Positions 52,175-64,000 of a DNA stretch of 64,000 nucleotides are shown here, one piece after another. The translations under genes were made by a program, and so were the position numbers. Source of the stretch: Rotaria socialis (lineage: Eukaryota); assembly GCA_905331295.1 (NCBI GenBank), contig CAJNYD010000360.1, positions 1 to 64,000 of the forward strand, given 5' to 3'. Each line of letters starts with the position of its first letter. Positions within the stretch are counted from its first letter, which is position 1. The notes under the pieces were generated by a model. That model had not been told where the DNA came from. It was given only the letters and a program-made list of their open reading frames with translations, and did no database searches.

Positions 52175-55100
52175 GATGATGTTTTAAATTATTTATCTAG
52201 AAAAATCATCGTTTCTTTTGTATAGATTGAGTTCATAGAATATGAAATATGGAAATTAGTAGGAGAATCAGTAGGGTTGATCAGAATGAATTTTAGCCTA
52301 GTAAAAAGCTAACATCGGTGTTTACGAAAGGGAAAATATGATAAACTGTATTGTAAATGTTTGCTTTCAAGATAGCAGCGAATACAATAGCAAGAATTAC
52401 TCGTTCTATCAATCAGATACTTATATACAGTGTTCCAAATATCATCACGAATCCAATGAATTACTATTCCTTGTATCTAATAATCTCTCGTCTGAGATTA
52501 TTTCATCCATCAAATGATAAACAGAAAAAGTAATAAGTGGCATCAATCAAAATGACATGACATTTCCATGGAGATCTTTATTTCGCCTAATCAAAAATAC
52601 ATAAAATAATCTTAATAGATTAATTTTTTTCACGAGAATTACCCGAGTTATGCACATGGAACAGAAAATAAAAACCTAGTCTTGGTGTTTTCCATATGCT
52701 TCACGTATATATCCAAATATGCCATAGACTAATGAAAACAAAAAAAGATGATATATTTATTATTTTATATTAGTGTAAAACTAACATCCCATAAAATTTT
52801 AATTGAGTTACTTTATCAATAAAAGTTTGATCTTGCGAATAAATAATACCATATTGACTATGAAGTAATAAATCAGTCAACTGTGAAATCTGCACCAATT
52901 AGTATCATAAATTTTTTTATCAAGTACAAAATGATGATTACCAGCAATAATTATTTTTCAGCGAAATTTTGTTAATGTTTTCAAATTCATCACGTTTACT
53001 TACACGTGTTAAATCACCAACATATATTAAAATAAAAGCATGATTTGAATGCCTATCGAATGTACAAACGATACGAGTTGACAATTTTGAATGGCCTATC
53101 AGGTGACGCCGATGAGAATAATAATGAGTTTTATTTTACGAAGAATATAGTTCAACAGCTTCATATGTTATGATAACGATGAAGACGTCATCGACTCTTT
53201 TTACTCAGTAAATATTTTATTAGTATAAAAAAAAAGGATTCCACTCCGATATCGTATGGCATCACTTTTTTCTATCCTAATCATAAGTATAGAGAGACTG
53301 TTTCTACTGGCGACATCTATACGAAATCTTGAAATATAAATAACCAAAAGGTATTTGTAACAATATACTCAACAACTAAAACTCAAACTTCATCAACATA
53401 AACTGATAAGAAATACTGATATAGTCTTACAATTTTGGCTACGAATTACATTCTAGTTGGAATAATAAAGAACAACTGGTTCTCAACGAAAAATATTAAA
53501 ATCAATTACAAAACAAATTAAAAACTTTTCAATAAGTCGATTATTTTAAAAATCTTATTGCTTAGAGAATATAAATGAAGTTCATAGCTAAAACTGAATC
53601 TTTACTAGTGATCTGTCAGTTTTGAAACAAATCTGACAGCTAACATTAAAGTATAGCAGCCAGACAGATGTTGTTGTTTGTTGAAAGTTGAATTAGAGAA
53701 TAACCAATCAATAGGCATAAATGATATATAATATTAATCGAGAAAACAATTTAAAATATTAAGAATTTATGTCAAATAAATATATTTAAACGTATTTTGA
53801 CATGTACAAAAATCGATGAAAAGATATAAAATTAAAAGCCGAACGTTTTTTCTAGTGTCATCTTCAGATACTCATGATGATGAGTAAAAACAAATTCATT
53901 GTTAGGGTGACATTTTCAAATAAATTAAAGTTTGATTGTCACCAATTTCATTTTTTTCAAGACTTATAGATTTTTATTTTATCAGACAAACAATTCAGCT
54001 TTTATCAAAAAACACAACTCTTTGCATGTTATTGTATAAACATTAAAAATAAATGTTTTTCATAATAATATAATTCGCAGCAGTGCACATTTGGATGTAA
54101 ACCAGTTATGCCCGCAGGCTTTTGAAAATTTTGTTTGTTTCTCGAATAACAAAAACGTAAGAAAGTGCTTTTTTCAAGGATGCACAGCTTGTGGGTTGAG
54201 ATTAAAAATAATCTCAAATCTAATATCTCTCGTCTGTTTCAAAGATCTAGATACATTCATAGATGGGAATCAACTATGTACTGTTAGATTTCGTCTTCTT
54301 TTTTTCTGTTTACTTATGGCTTGTTTTATAAATATATCACATTCATTCAGAAAGTGACGGTTATATAAAGTTAAAGTCATCAAACAAGGATTCATTTCTT
54401 TTTATTGTGAACAAAAAAATCAATCTAATGTTGTTTATTTTTTCTTTGAGAATACTCTTATATGAACAGTGCTTGACTTTTCCTCTTCGTTGCTCACTTG
54501 TTGCGTTTTACTCTCAATCTCTTATACCGTCACATGGCACTAAAACATAGCTCAGTTTACTTAGCTTTTACACAATTATCTTAGTAGTATATAAGTGTAT
54601 ATAGGTGAAAAACATAATTCAAAAAGTATTGACATACAGACTCCGTCAAGTGCATTTTTCTATTAGTAGTATAAAGATACCTTACGTAGTCTAATGCTTA
54701 CTTTTTATACACAGATGTGTGTTGAAATATAATTACATAATCGGCATATGATATACTGTTCGATGCTTTACGATGAAGAGTAAAGAGCCTGTACTTGATA
54801 TGCTATAGCTTGATTTCGATTTTTGTTCATGTCTATCGGCATCTTGGCATCAAGAGAAGCTTAACAAGATCGACATCGTTGAAGAAACGAAAAGAAAAAA
54901 AAATAGAAATGGATGTAACAACACATCCATACAAGTAAGTACATCATCGAGTTGGCTCTATTGAATACGGTGAATGGCGAAAAATTTAATCATTTGTCAA
55001 GACAAATATACAGTGAGTCGATACTACCTGTAAAATAAAATTTGAACGAGAACGAAACGTATAAGAGAGAGAGAGAGAGGCGAAAAATGAAAAGAGAATA

Positions 55101-55489
55101 TAGGTGTTACTTATGATAATCGATAGAGACAAAAACAAATCACTGGTTCTATTAAAATCTGTTCTACTTTTTTTTTCTTTTTGCGTCCTTTCTTTTATTC
55201 ATCTGCAACATATATAAAGAGCTAATAAACAGTTAGCATTTTACGATTAAAATTCAATCTTTGATATTCATTCGTTTTAGCCTTTCACTCAAACATATTG
55301 TTCATATAATCGCTTGTCATTCTGGATTAAGATCAAATATGTAAGTAAGTACGATTTAAGTGAGAAAGCGAATAGCAATCAGATCATGTTTTGTATGTAT
55401 TTTGTGATTATGATATTACGTAGCTTGAATATTTTATTTTATTTTATTTTTTTAAATCATACATAAACGTTCAATCTTGAACGTTTTAA

Positions 55490-57407
55490 TCAGTTGCATT
55501 CTGCAGCTGTATCGATCGGTACATTACGTTCGATCGGTTCTTGGGGACGATATTCTCGATTTGGATCGAAGGTTTTTGCATAATTTCCATCAGATCCATT
55601 GCAAGATAAATGAATGGGTGCTATTTCATAAAATTCTTGAAGTATAGCTGTAGTTAATGGAGTCCATCGTATAGATCTATAATTTTCAAACACTGTTTGA
55701 CTTTTGCTTGTCGTAGCATAATCGTATCTAAATCGAGCGAATGATTTGCTTTAATTTTTCATTGAATCATAACTTACTCTTTCATTGTTTGAAAAAATCG
55801 ATCAAGTGCATCATCTCTTACACTTGTCTTACATAGTTCAAGATCAGCTCGTGGATAATAATGCATATAATTAACACACATTTCATCGCTTATTCCGTAG
55901 CCTCCAAACGTCATATTCTCTCGAATTTGTGTATTATAAATACATGTATGTAAAATGATGTCGCCACGTTCAATTAAAATCGGTTTAGGTAGTAGACGAA
56001 TTTCTTGAAAATGAGGACTATAATGACGATCAATATTTAATGTTATAAGATCGCCATTTGTCTTTACAATACGAGTAAATGTTTCTATACCATTAAGATG
56101 TGTGTGCAATTGTGATGCGAACACTGTTATGCCTTGTTTTGGTAAAGTTGCTTGTGTGCATTCACGAGAACAATAACCAGAAATACGAAATTGATTGGCT
56201 CGTGGTGGAATAGAATTTTTTTCATTATATTCAAGACCAACTTCCATTATGCCAGCATCATATTTTCGTAATTCAGGTGTATAATATAGTCGTATACCTG
56301 ATTGATCAATGATACCTTTCTTTAATGATGGATTATTGAAATGTACTTCAAGCACAAGAAAACGTGACGTATTTTTGCCACCTATGAGTCCGCCAGCATC
56401 TTTTGGATAAGTAAAATTCGTCGCGCCTAATGCCCATGCACCAACAACACGACGACATGGTGTTAAACCCATTGGTTTTTGTTCACTAGTACATACGCCA
56501 TTAAATGCCGGTATATCGAAATCAGACGCAACATTACAATGAAATAGTTCCATATGATGCACGATTCCGTCACTTTGCGGCGAGACGATACCATCAAAAC
56601 GAATGATATGATGAGGTTTTGCCATAATTTTTGCTGGCAATTCAAAACGTGTACACCAATAAGTTGTTTCAACATTTGGTATAAGAACATCGCCATTTAA
56701 AAAATCATGGTGTGGATCTTCATCGGGTATTTGATCAGAATCAGCCTAGATTTATATCAAAAAATTTTGAATAATTATAATAAAAATTTAATCATGAAGC
56801 TTACTCGACTTTTTAATAATTGAACACGTTGTAAGATTAAATTCATTCGTTCAACATCCATCGTGATTGATTTTCCTTGTTTAATTTTTTCGAAATCTTC
56901 ATGCACCATCGATCCAGTTAATAAATGTGTCGTACCACTATCGATAATATAATTTCGTTGTTGTCGGTTGCATGTATCTAATGGTCGAATAATTCCTATT
57001 GAATATTCTTTTTTTCTTTTATTTCTGGTACTAACAGCATTTAATACGCGGAAATCTAGTTTAACACTATTCTTCAGTATAAACAATGAACTATCTTCAT
57101 TTGTATAAGCATTATAGATTTTTTCATCGTCACCAAATATAATAACATCTAAATTGTTCGTATCTAAATCGTGATTTGAAAATGCAAGTATACCACAGTA
57201 ACCGTTTGTTAATGTAATATTCCATCGAAAAATAAGTTTAGCATCGTCATACGAATCATAGTCCCATTCAAGTGTACTTTCCAATGGTTCTGACAGTCCA
57301 ACCATATAGCTTAATGTTTCATAATCTTTCAATCGTTCTTGTGAATATCCCAAAGAAAAACTCAATTTAATGACGAACAATATTAATAAAAATCGTGATC
57401 GTAACAT
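55490..57407 (-). CDS. Dopamine/tyramine beta-hydroxylase (copper type II ascorbate-dependent monooxygenase with DOMON domain), three exons
   Basis: Signal peptide, DOMON-like region, VHHMELFHC, AWALGA, LEVHFNNP, DAGIMEVG, FASQLHTH, HYSPHFQEIRLL, DEMCVNYMHYYP. Confidence 0.93.
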
Positions 57408-58614
57408 TTATCTTTATGTCTGTTTGTATGTGTGCATATGCAAATGAAAAACTTGTCGTCTATCGATTAAATGTAGTAAAAAAAAAGCAGAAGCCGCAAG
57501 ATTGTTTCCTTTTATGATTATCAGTTAATCTGAATTCAATGAGATGTAGCACGACAATAAAACTCGAGGAACAAACATTTGTTTCCTATTTTTCTCTTGT
57601 CTTTCTCTGCTACTCGTTATTCAGGATCAAATAGAGAGTAGCTATGCCCACGGTTCTTTGTGTTTGCATTCGCATATATTAAATCCGGTTTGAGAGAAAA
57701 TAGATAAAAGAAATCAATCAACATTATGTTGTGTCATTGGAGTAGTTATGCTTTTCTTTTTGCGTCTTCCATTGATTTCGAAATTCATATGCTTGGGAAA
57801 AAAAGAATAGAATCTAATGACAAACAATTGAAAGGTGATAGAAAAGTTTCAGTAAGACTGATTGCATTTCACGTTGGCGTCTATTTGCAGACGGTAAAAC
57901 GCAGTCATCATCATCGATTCAAGTGGCTTTGGTTTACTTGAAAAAAAAACTTTGTTTTACATTTCTTTTTGTGTTCTATTTTGCCTGAAACGTGCCATCG
58001 TATGTTAAGCAACAGAAACACAAGACGCATATGCATGAAAAAAAACCTTTATCCAACTTATTTAGTGTCATAATCGGATGTAAAAGGAGAAAAAATCAAC
58101 AATAATATATGAGAAGCAGTCTTCCTTTCAATGAGCTTTATATTTTCTAAGAGACTGCCCGTTGTTCTTATTCTTAATCGTCTTTGAAAAAAAGAGAGAA
58201 AAAAAAGAGAGAAAAAAAGAAAGAGAAATTATTTAAGAAAAGAATAAGAGAGCATGAATTTTCAAAATATAAAATACCGTTTATTAATATAAGACAAAAA
58301 ACAACAATAAACAACACTTGAAATCATTTTTGTGCTTTATTTTCAACTTCAACTTCATTCTTTTCTGAATCATTTTTCTCCTTATTTATTTGTATATATA
58401 TATATATATATATAGAAGTGAAGATATAATAACAATCACGTCAACTGTACAACAACTACAAATAGACGCCTATATCCTTTTTCTTTTTATTCAACCACAC
58501 ACTTTCCAATGATTATGAGTACTATCAAGGGAAAGTGAAAGAAAAAACTAATCCATGAAATAATAAAGAATAACTTTCGTACGTCTTCTATATTCGCTTT
58601 TATTTTCTCGCATC

Positions 58615-61124
58615 ATGATCTACAACGACCGATTGCCGCCGCCAGCTAATTGGCCACCATTAGTTCGTTATCCAAGTTATCGTCCTGATCGAGATCGAGT
58701 AAGTGAACGTTTCGTTTTTGTATACCTCTGACAATTGTGTAGTACACTAATAAACGTCCTAGAGAATCGTAGAAAACTGTTTTTTTTTGTATAAATAAAG
58801 AAAAAAAATACGCTGAAGCTCTAAAATGCGAAGTTATGAAGAAAAAAAGAATAATAATGTTTGACTACAATACAAGTAAGATGTATCGTCTTAAATGTAC
58901 TTCATGAAAACAAGCAAGTCCTCGCAAATTGAATAGCATAAGTATTGTTTGTTTCTTTAGATGATCGACGGAGAAAAAAAAGTCAAATCTCAGTTTTCAA
59001 ATAAATCAATGTAATATAATAATCTGCATATGTAAATCGGATCGACATGAATTTTTCGTCAGCTATTTTGAAATGTATTATATTTCACTTTCTGATTGAT
59101 GTTTGTGTTGTGCAATTCGCTATTATTCCATTTATTTTCGTTTTATTCTGTTCGCGCATGACACGAATGAAACTTATGTCAACAGCGTTTTTCATCTCAC
59201 TTACATATACATTTTCGTCGAGTTGCTTTTCATCGTTTAAAAAAAAATTAAATCTGCATAAGAATAGAAGAAAAGGTTGCACTTCATCTTTTCAATTTTT
59301 TTTTGTTGTTTTCTACGCTTCGAGTGAGGGCGAATCGAACGGAAATCGGAAAGTGTGTGTGTGTCTGTGTGTGCATAAGTACGTTTGCCACACAGTTTAA
59401 CGTCGAGTTTAGTTGAATTTAAGTTTAACCACAAGTAGAACCTTTATAAAATAAATAAGCACAGAAGACGACGTTTTTTCTCTCTCTTTATTAATGATGA
59501 TGAAACAAAATTCTTCTACGGCAAGATCTTATTTGTTTTTTTAATTGATATTTTTACTATCTATGCATGTATTATTTTAGCGATTGAGCATTCTTTGGTT
59601 TCTTGCTCTGTCCATCGTATCACTCAGTTTAAGTGTAATTGCATTGATCATTGTTTTTGCTGTTGAAAGTGCGTGGTTCCGAGACAGTTTTGGACAGAAT
59701 CAAAATCGATATGGCCTTTGGCGTTTATGCTCGTTTAATAATAATACATGCGATAGTTGGTTTTCTTCTAGTGGATCATATAGTGTTTACATTGAGCAAC
59801 GTCGTAATCAGTCGAAAAGTAACACTAAATTGAATATGATAATTTTTTCCTATTGTTGACTAATATGTCTCGTCTATTTGCTTCAAGATGGTATAAATGC
59901 ATGGCAAGCCCTTGAAATCATATTTCTGTTTCTTACAACAGCAACATTAATTACTACTATAGCTTCGTTTGTTTGTTATCGATGTCGGATCAATTTTCAT
60001 TATTATTTGGCTTTGTTAGCAATCTTTTGTATTTGGCTTGCAGGTAATCATTTGCATTTTTTCAATGATTGAAACGTAACTATCAAATAATAAATTTGCA
60101 TTTTTTTTCAGCGAGTATTGGCATTTCATCATTATTTGTGTTTGGATTTGCTGTATTTAATGTTGCAACCACACCGCGTGATCTCGATTGGTGCTTTTAT
60201 CTCAATCTGGTTGCTGTTATACTTGAAATTTTGGCCGCTATACTTTTATCTATTTATGTTGCACTCTTAAAAAAGCCAATCAAGTAAGTTCAAATTTTCT
60301 TTTTTACTCATTTGTCTATTTGATTTATTATTAAAAATCTATCTGTTTTTCAAAGGCATAACGAAGATGATACTGTTGTTGAAACATTTGCTGATTTTAA
60401 TGGTTATCCAGCAACATTCAGTCCGTCGACATTTGTTATTGTCAGACGAAATCAAAAAAAGAGAAATAAACCATATAACTATTCGCAAGTACTTTATCCG
60501 AATCATTACTTCCCAACGACAACTAACGGCCTAATGATTAATGACCTTTATAACACTGATTATACGGTCAATCCAAATCATCAATCGCTTACACGTTATA
60601 CATCTATTGCAACTGTAAATGAAACTACTAACACTAGTCAACAACAGACATTACCACCTCTTCAACCTTATGAACGCACTCGCTCTAATATGATACTTTC
60701 CCCATCACCGACAAACGTCCTACCACCAATGCCAGAGATATCACGCAGAACAGAACCTTTTGAAGTATTACCATCACCTTATCGATATCAATCACCTCCA
60801 TCGCCACCGAATTGGCATCGGACAGGAATCAATATTACTAATCGATCCATTGGCTATGCTTCTGAACCTACGACTGATTACATGCAACGAGATTACTATC
60901 CACCTCGATCTAATACAACTGAACGCAGATTCGGAAAGAATAATGAACCACGCCTATTACATTATTACACAGGCTATGATTATTTTGCTACTCTTGATCC
61001 ATCAGATCTTGCAATAACAAGACATCATCCAGCAACTACAACAACATCACTCGGTGGTCCAATAAGATATGGTGATAATCCATCTTATCATCCTCCAAGT
61101 GACTATATAAAGAGTATATTGTAA
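58615..61124 (+). CDS. Claudin/PMP22-like tetraspan protein with long Pro/Tyr-rich tail; first exon 58615-58698, then 59581-59818 and three more exons
   Basis: W...YGLWRLC...C motif, four TM segments, LDWCFYL, C-terminal KSIL (PDZ-ligand-like). Exon 1 ends in GTAAGT in phase with the 59581 acceptor. Confidence 0.8.
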
Positions 61125-62673
61125 CACACGTAATGGAACAAAACAAAAAAGCCTCTATGTTCTTTGTTCGTTCGAGTACATGGAATGAGTCGTACTAAAT
61201 GCTTTTGTATTTATATGTTGTCACACTCATTGCTTCGTGTTTTCGTTTCATTCCGTTTGATTCATTTGTTTGCTTTGGATGCTTGATAAAATTATGCAGT
61301 TCTAGACTTTTTTTCTATTATATATATATATCGCATTCTATTTCTTTCGGTTTATTATACGAATATTCTTTGAAAAACATTTTTATCGTTGATTGATGAT
61401 TGAAAAGATTCGCAATCGGAAATGTACTTTTCTTTTCTTATAGAAGTGTATCTATGATAATCTAGCTGTAAAAAAATTGGACTTCATTCTAGTGTCAGTT
61501 CTTTGTATTTTTCAAAAATAAATGCTCGTCTGATGATTTGCATAAATGATAATCTTATATCTCTTTCTCAATAAAAAGAATTGTCTCGTTCAAACACTAA
61601 ACTTTATCATAAATGAATATTCATTTGGTTTCATAATGGCAAGTAAATACAATTGTTATTGATGTACAATTATGAGTAAGCTTTTTCGTACATTTCTTGG
61701 TCAGCTCCATTGAATGGATAATTAAATTTTTCTCTTTGATTCCATATTATAAAAAGGCAGAAAGACTAGTTGTAATCATGACAAGTTTCTACTGATCAGC
61801 AATCAACGCGTTCATGAAAGAATTGATCGGAATATCGCAGCGGGTGATTCAAGTCATTTTTTCTCTGCTTATTTATAAAAATTACCCATCATCATTTGTA
61901 CTGTCGAAATCAGAACTATTGTGACGATTAATCAAGCAATCCCACATATAATCCTAATGTGAACTGAAAAAAAGTAAATCCTATGCAGACCCAATCGATA
62001 TTATATCGTCCGACTTAAATCATTTTCATATATGGTTATCTGCAAGCATAGTAATCTGAACTAATGCAAAAGGAAATAATGACTTGGGGATAAAGAAAAA
62101 AAGAATTTGTATGATAATGAATTTTTGAAAAGTAAAATCGAAAGACGTTTGTTCTAAAAGAACTTATACATCATACTCAATAATACGTCATTTTAGTTTT
62201 GGTGCATTTATCGAGTAAGGGCCGACACATTTTTTTTTGTCATGAATAACTTGAGCCACAATTAATGCTTATCTAAATATGTGTCGTATTTATGCATATA
62301 AAGCGAGAATCAAATGTACATCCACCATGATTAAATCTCAATATTTGAATAACTTCTATCATGATGACGACAAATAATAATCAACTTGTGAATGCAAAAG
62401 GTAGTCAAATGACTTCGCAGTGCGGGTTTCTATTTACATCTGTAATTTAATTCTTTCGTTTATAGATACGTAATTTCATTTTATTCATGTACGATACACG
62501 TAGTATGTCTCTTATCCTGAGCAGAGAAATAACAGATCACCATTGTTATAGTCATCTTATGAAAACCACAATTTCGAAAGTGCACAAAAATATCATTCAT
62601 TAGCTTGATTAGAAAAATTCAAAAAATATCACATCGTTTCCTCCATGAGAACATCAGTGAGATCATCGATCTA

Positions 62674-64000
62674 TTAACTTTCCAGTAATTTTCTTTTAAT
62701 TTCGTCAAAATTCGACTGCGATGATAAAGTTAATTTTCTTAATTCATTATGAAATACGAGAATTAGCCTTTTCAAAAGCATCACTTAATTCATCGGTTTT
62801 ACGCATTACCCGTATATGATCATATTCCTGGAATAAAGGTTCACCTGCACGATCAATGCGTTGTCGATAATATCCAACTTCACATATAACATATTCTCTT
62901 GTTGAAAGATGTCGAGAACTTCGACTTGCTGGCGTATTACGATGAATCTGATCAGTTGTATTTCCAGATGTAAAAATATTTGTTGTTGATGGTAAATCAA
63001 CACGTGGTGTACGTAACTCTAATTTCCATAGATGATATTTTTTTAGTTCATGAATTTGTGTAACTTGGCTTTGAAAGCACAAGAACAACGAGCGTCTTGA
63101 TAAGGCAAGTACTAATCGAGAACACGTTTCACAGAGAAGACCAAATCTCGCTTGTAAGCCAAGCCATGTTTCAATACGTGCACGTGAATGTTCACACTTA
63201 GCATTTGCACGAAAACGTTTTACATCGGAAACTGCAAGACCAACCTAAAAAGAAAAACAAATCTTAACTAGTACTCTATCATGGATTCGTACATACCATA
63301 ATATTCATAATTACAATGTTCATAGTAAATACAAATATTGAGTAGAGTACCATGGCTGCTTCATTGCCTTGTAGAAATTTTCCATTCGGAAAAAATAAAT
63401 CATCAACATCATATTCTCCTGTATGCATTGCTAATGTTTTTGGTATTGAATAAAATATAGATGTAAACTGTGGCTTTTTTTTATGAACGAATAACATATG
63501 AAATGCAATTATATATCCAATTCATATAAATACATAAATAAGACAAAATTTCAAAAATTTTAAAAATACACTAACAAATAAAAGATCATATTTGCCAATA
63601 ATTTTTAATGCATTCATAAATACAAGTAATAATAAAGTTCAAACACTAACCCTTCCTAAGGCACCGGCTTCCCATTGCCATTTGCAGCGAATACCAGTGC
63701 GTTGCGTGCACTAATCAATATCAATGCCGAATAAAATTGCGCAAATATATGTATGCAGCTCAAGAAAATTAACAAAAAAAACCACGTAGATATTTTTCAC
63801 GCTGTGTTACTAATTTTAAAAGTTCTTTCAATAATACAATTATCGAACAGATTAATAATAAAGCACGTAGAAATTCTAAGAAATATCCATTTAATTAATT
63901 TCGAAAGAAATCTTTTCGAAAACTTACGACGTAGCCCATTGCTTTTTAGAGAATGTTTTTGATCGTATATTAATTTTTCACATAGTTGTTTACATGTTAT
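62674..64000 (-). pseudogene. TRPA-like channel pseudogene, 3' part (S2-S6 and C-tail); continues beyond the window
   Basis: KELLKL..YL..NFLE, GIRCKWQWEAGAL, AFHMLF, KTLAMHTGEYDVDD, IVIMNIMVGLAVSDV. In-frame stops at 63713-63711, 63641-63639 and 63524-63522; frameshift in an A8 run (63774-63781) and a probable second one near 62750. Confidence 0.85.

Noticed and set aside
61780..62080. Coding-like stretch on the minus strand
   Set aside because: Multiple stops and no recognisable motif.
16003..64000. A 'neural gene cluster' (NCS, GPCRs, gephyrin, DBH/TBH, TRPA)
   Set aside because: Common gene classes interspersed with unrelated genes; no evidence of co-regulation.

Overview
AT-rich eukaryotic genomic DNA with many 55-70 nt GT-AG introns, metazoan genes and dense MITE/LTR debris. 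This style suggests a bdelloid rotifer or similar compact spiralian genome (inference only). Reconstructed genes, in order: a decayed Ty3/gypsy gag with PBS and LTR end, a solitary Hox5/Scr-type gene whose homeobox is split by three introns (recognition helix on a 17-nt microexon), a divergent roquin-like protein reduced to its HEPN/ROQ RNA-binding module (no RING, no CCCH finger), cytosolic Hsp70, a neuronal calcium sensor, an ankyrin/SOCS-box protein, an intronless GPCR, a divergent Ndc80-like protein, gephyrin, an intron-containing SGNH-hydrolase gene resembling CR1/L2 LINE ORF1 esterase, a myosuppressin/DMSR-like GPCR, an SLC7 cationic amino-acid transporter, TMEM45, dopamine/tyramine beta-hydroxylase, a claudin-like tetraspan, and a TRPA-like pseudogene running off the end. 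Two TE islands (1-5.2 kb and 20.7-28.9 kb) hold multiply nested MITEs and a non-coding LTR element. All family calls are by-eye motif recognition; no database search was run.
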